Assembly: GCA_963721685.1 (NCBI GenBank)
Contig: CAVRJJ010000005.1
Span: 103,943 to 167,942, forward strand
DNA length: 64,000 bases
Direction: 5' to 3'
Source of the DNA: an uncultured bacterium
Lineage (GTDB): Bacteria; Patescibacteriota; Saccharimonadia; UBA4664; SCTI01
Positions 62,269-64,000 of this stretch are shown here, in pieces (position 1 is the stretch's first letter; the number at the start of each line of letters is the position of its first letter). Under the pieces are notes generated by a model. The model saw only the letters and a program-made list of their open reading frames with translations. It had not been told where the DNA came from and ran no database searches. The translations under genes and the position numbers were made by a program.

Positions 62269-64000
62269 TGGGTGGGCTTAAGATGGTGGCGCCCCCCACG
62301 AGGGTCCACGGCTGGCGCTACGGCCTGTGCTGGGCGCTCATTATAGCGCTTAGCATGCTGGTGCCGGCGCAAGCGCTGGCCATCAGCAAGGCCGACAAAG
62401 AAGCCGTGCTGTATGACACCCCGTACTACGACCCCACCCAATGCCAGGAAGCTCCGGCGCAAGACCTAACCACCGACCCCAAAGGCTCAAGCTCCCAAGA
62501 GAAAGCCTTTGATTTTTACAAGAAACAGGGCGTAAGCGCTGAAGCGGCGGCCGGGATTGTTGGCAACCTTATTGTAGAGTCGGGCGCCAAGCTCAACACT
62601 AGGGCAACCAACGGTAGCCACTGGGGCATAGTGCAGTGGGATGCCGGCCGCTATGCCAAGATGCAAAAATACGCCAAAGACAACAACATGAGCGAATTCA
62701 ACCTGATCGCGCAACTGGAATATTCCTGGATAGAGGCAAAACAAAGGAATGTTCCCGAAGCCATGCGTTCGGCCGACACCCCTGAAAAAGCCGCCGTGGT
62801 GTGGGAAAATCTAGTTGAAAACTGCGGCTGCACCATAGACAAGCGCAAAACCGAAGCCGCGAAGGTGTTTAAAAAATATGGTCGATCTGCCGCGCCTGAC
62901 GACGATGCCGACACCGGTTCCAGCGTTGACCCCATTAACCCACGCTTAAGCTTGGCGGAGGTAGCTAATAAACACAGCCTACATTCAGCAATTATCAAAG
63001 AACTTGATGGCGACACCATAGGAAAATATAAAGCCACTACCGCGCCCAATGCCCCGGGCAGCACAATGAAGCTCATAATTGTAGATGTTGTTTTACAAGA
63101 CGAGCTGAGCCTAAATAAAACCCTTCGCGTATCAAGCGAGTTGCATTACGGCGGGGACAACGACCTGGGCGGCAACACCATATCGGTTCGTGACGCGATC
63201 AAAGCCACTCTTGGAGCCTCCAGTAATGTCGGGGCAAATGTTTTAATAAAAGCGCTGGGTGGCGTAGACGCGTTTAGCACAAAGGCCCATAAATACGGCT
63301 ACACAAAAACCACTATGGAAGAGTATTATCAGCCCGGTCCTGACAACAATACCAGCACGATTCGCGACCAGGCCGAAGCTATGAGCCGGATTTTTGACGA
63401 AACCGGCGAGGGCTACAAAATTGCGCAGAAGGCCTTGCAGGACGCCGCCAACGGAGAGGGCAACCACTTTAATGTTGAGGGAGTGATTGCCACTAAAGGG
63501 GCGTGGACCGACGAGGTGGCGGGCAATGTTGGTAAGTTTAAAATCAGCAACAAGGATTATATAATTGGCTTGTACTACGAGGGTAATTCATCCTCGGAAG
63601 CGGCCAAAAAGGCTATCCGTGAGGGGTCGGCCGACTTGGTCAAGCTAATTAAGACAGGGATACCCTCGAGCGCGGACAGCATAATCGCCAGCTGCTGCCC
63701 GAACGTAGCCACCGACGGCACTCCGGGAAACTCCAACGGTTCGGATGCCGGGGTGTGGAGCAGCGGCCTTAGCGCTCCCTTTATTGTGGAACAATACGCG
63801 ATTGAGGTGCTGAAGAACTTAGCAAAAAAGAAGGGGGTTGAGGAATCGAAGGCTGTTACCAAAGAGCACGTGCTCGCGCTGGTTACCTGGGTGCTTCTAG
63901 AGGGCGGTGATATCGCAAACGACGGCCGCTTTAACCTGTACAATACCGGCAAATCAGCGCCCGAGCTTAACGACGGCGCGCACACCGCTAACGGGCTTGG
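62268..64000 (+). CDS. secreted multidomain peptidoglycan hydrolase (phage-tail lysozyme + SxxK serine peptidase-like), partial
   Basis: Manual translation: AAAGIVGNLIVESG..WGIVQW..GR; GSTMK (SxxK), SSN (SxN), KGA; then LVTWVLLEGG..FNLYNT; open to the window end. Confidence 0.8.
   Translation, partial: MGGLKMVAPPTRVHGWRYGLCWALIIALSMLVPAQALAISKADKEAVLYDTPYYDPTQCQEAPAQDLTTDPKGSSSQEKAFDFYKKQGVSAEAAAGIVGNLIVESGAKLNTRATNGSHWGIVQWDAGRYAKMQKYAKDNNMSEFNLIAQLEYSWIEAKQRNVPEAMRSADTPEKAAVVWENLVENCGCTIDKRKTEAAKVFKKYGRSAAPDDDADTGSSVDPINPRLSLAEVANKHSLHSAIIKELDGDTIGKYKATTAPNAPGSTMKLIIVDVVLQDELSLNKTLRVSSELHYGGDNDLGGNTISVRDAIKATLGASSNVGANVLIKALGGVDAFSTKAHKYGYTKTTMEEYYQPGPDNNTSTIRDQAEAMSRIFDETGEGYKIAQKALQDAANGEGNHFNVEGVIATKGAWTDEVAGNVGKFKISNKDYIIGLYYEGNSSSEAAKKAIREGSADLVKLIKTGIPSSADSIIASCCPNVATDGTPGNSNGSDAGVWSSGLSAPFIVEQYAIEVLKNLAKKKGVEESKAVTKEHVLALVTWVLLEGGDIANDGRFNLYNTGKSAPELNDGAHTANGL

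Noticed and set aside
62980-63660. Beta-lactamase resistance gene
   Set aside because: The SxxK domain is embedded between lysozyme-like domains in a T4SS locus and has KGA instead of KTG; a cell-wall enzyme is more likely.

Overview
This is a ~50% GC bacterial chromosome segment (standard code 11) whose gene content suggests Patescibacteria/CPR, most likely Saccharibacteria (TM7); the taxonomy is inferred, not proven. Housekeeping genes include rpsT, holA, mutM, polA, rpoD, dnaG, a full F1Fo ATP synthase operon, groESL with CIRCE, cmk, murE, two FemABX ligases, tsaD, valS, comF and hsp20. There are four tRNA-Ser genes, tRNA-Arg(GCG), and a T4SS-like locus with eight tandem VirB2/TrbC pilins. 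mutM, polA, groES and cmk carry single-base indels that look like assembly errors. Unexplained structure: (1) About ten GC-rich orphan transcription units, most with their own sigma70 promoter, a structured leader and a Shine-Dalgarno site. Four of them (23.4-29.5 kb) share a hairpin/TTCTTTGACA/CAGAACA leader whose complement recurs after the gene, so the transcript ends can pair like a pre-rRNA processing stalk. (2) An integron-like array of 0.65-1.1 kb cassettes between tRNA-Ser and tRNA-Arg, separated by a tRNA-3'-end-derived repeat that carries a promoter. (3) A 72-nt G3.U70 tRNA/tmRNA-like RNA with split, permuted partial copies. (4) A 13 x 11-bp tandem repeat and three parS-like palindromes.
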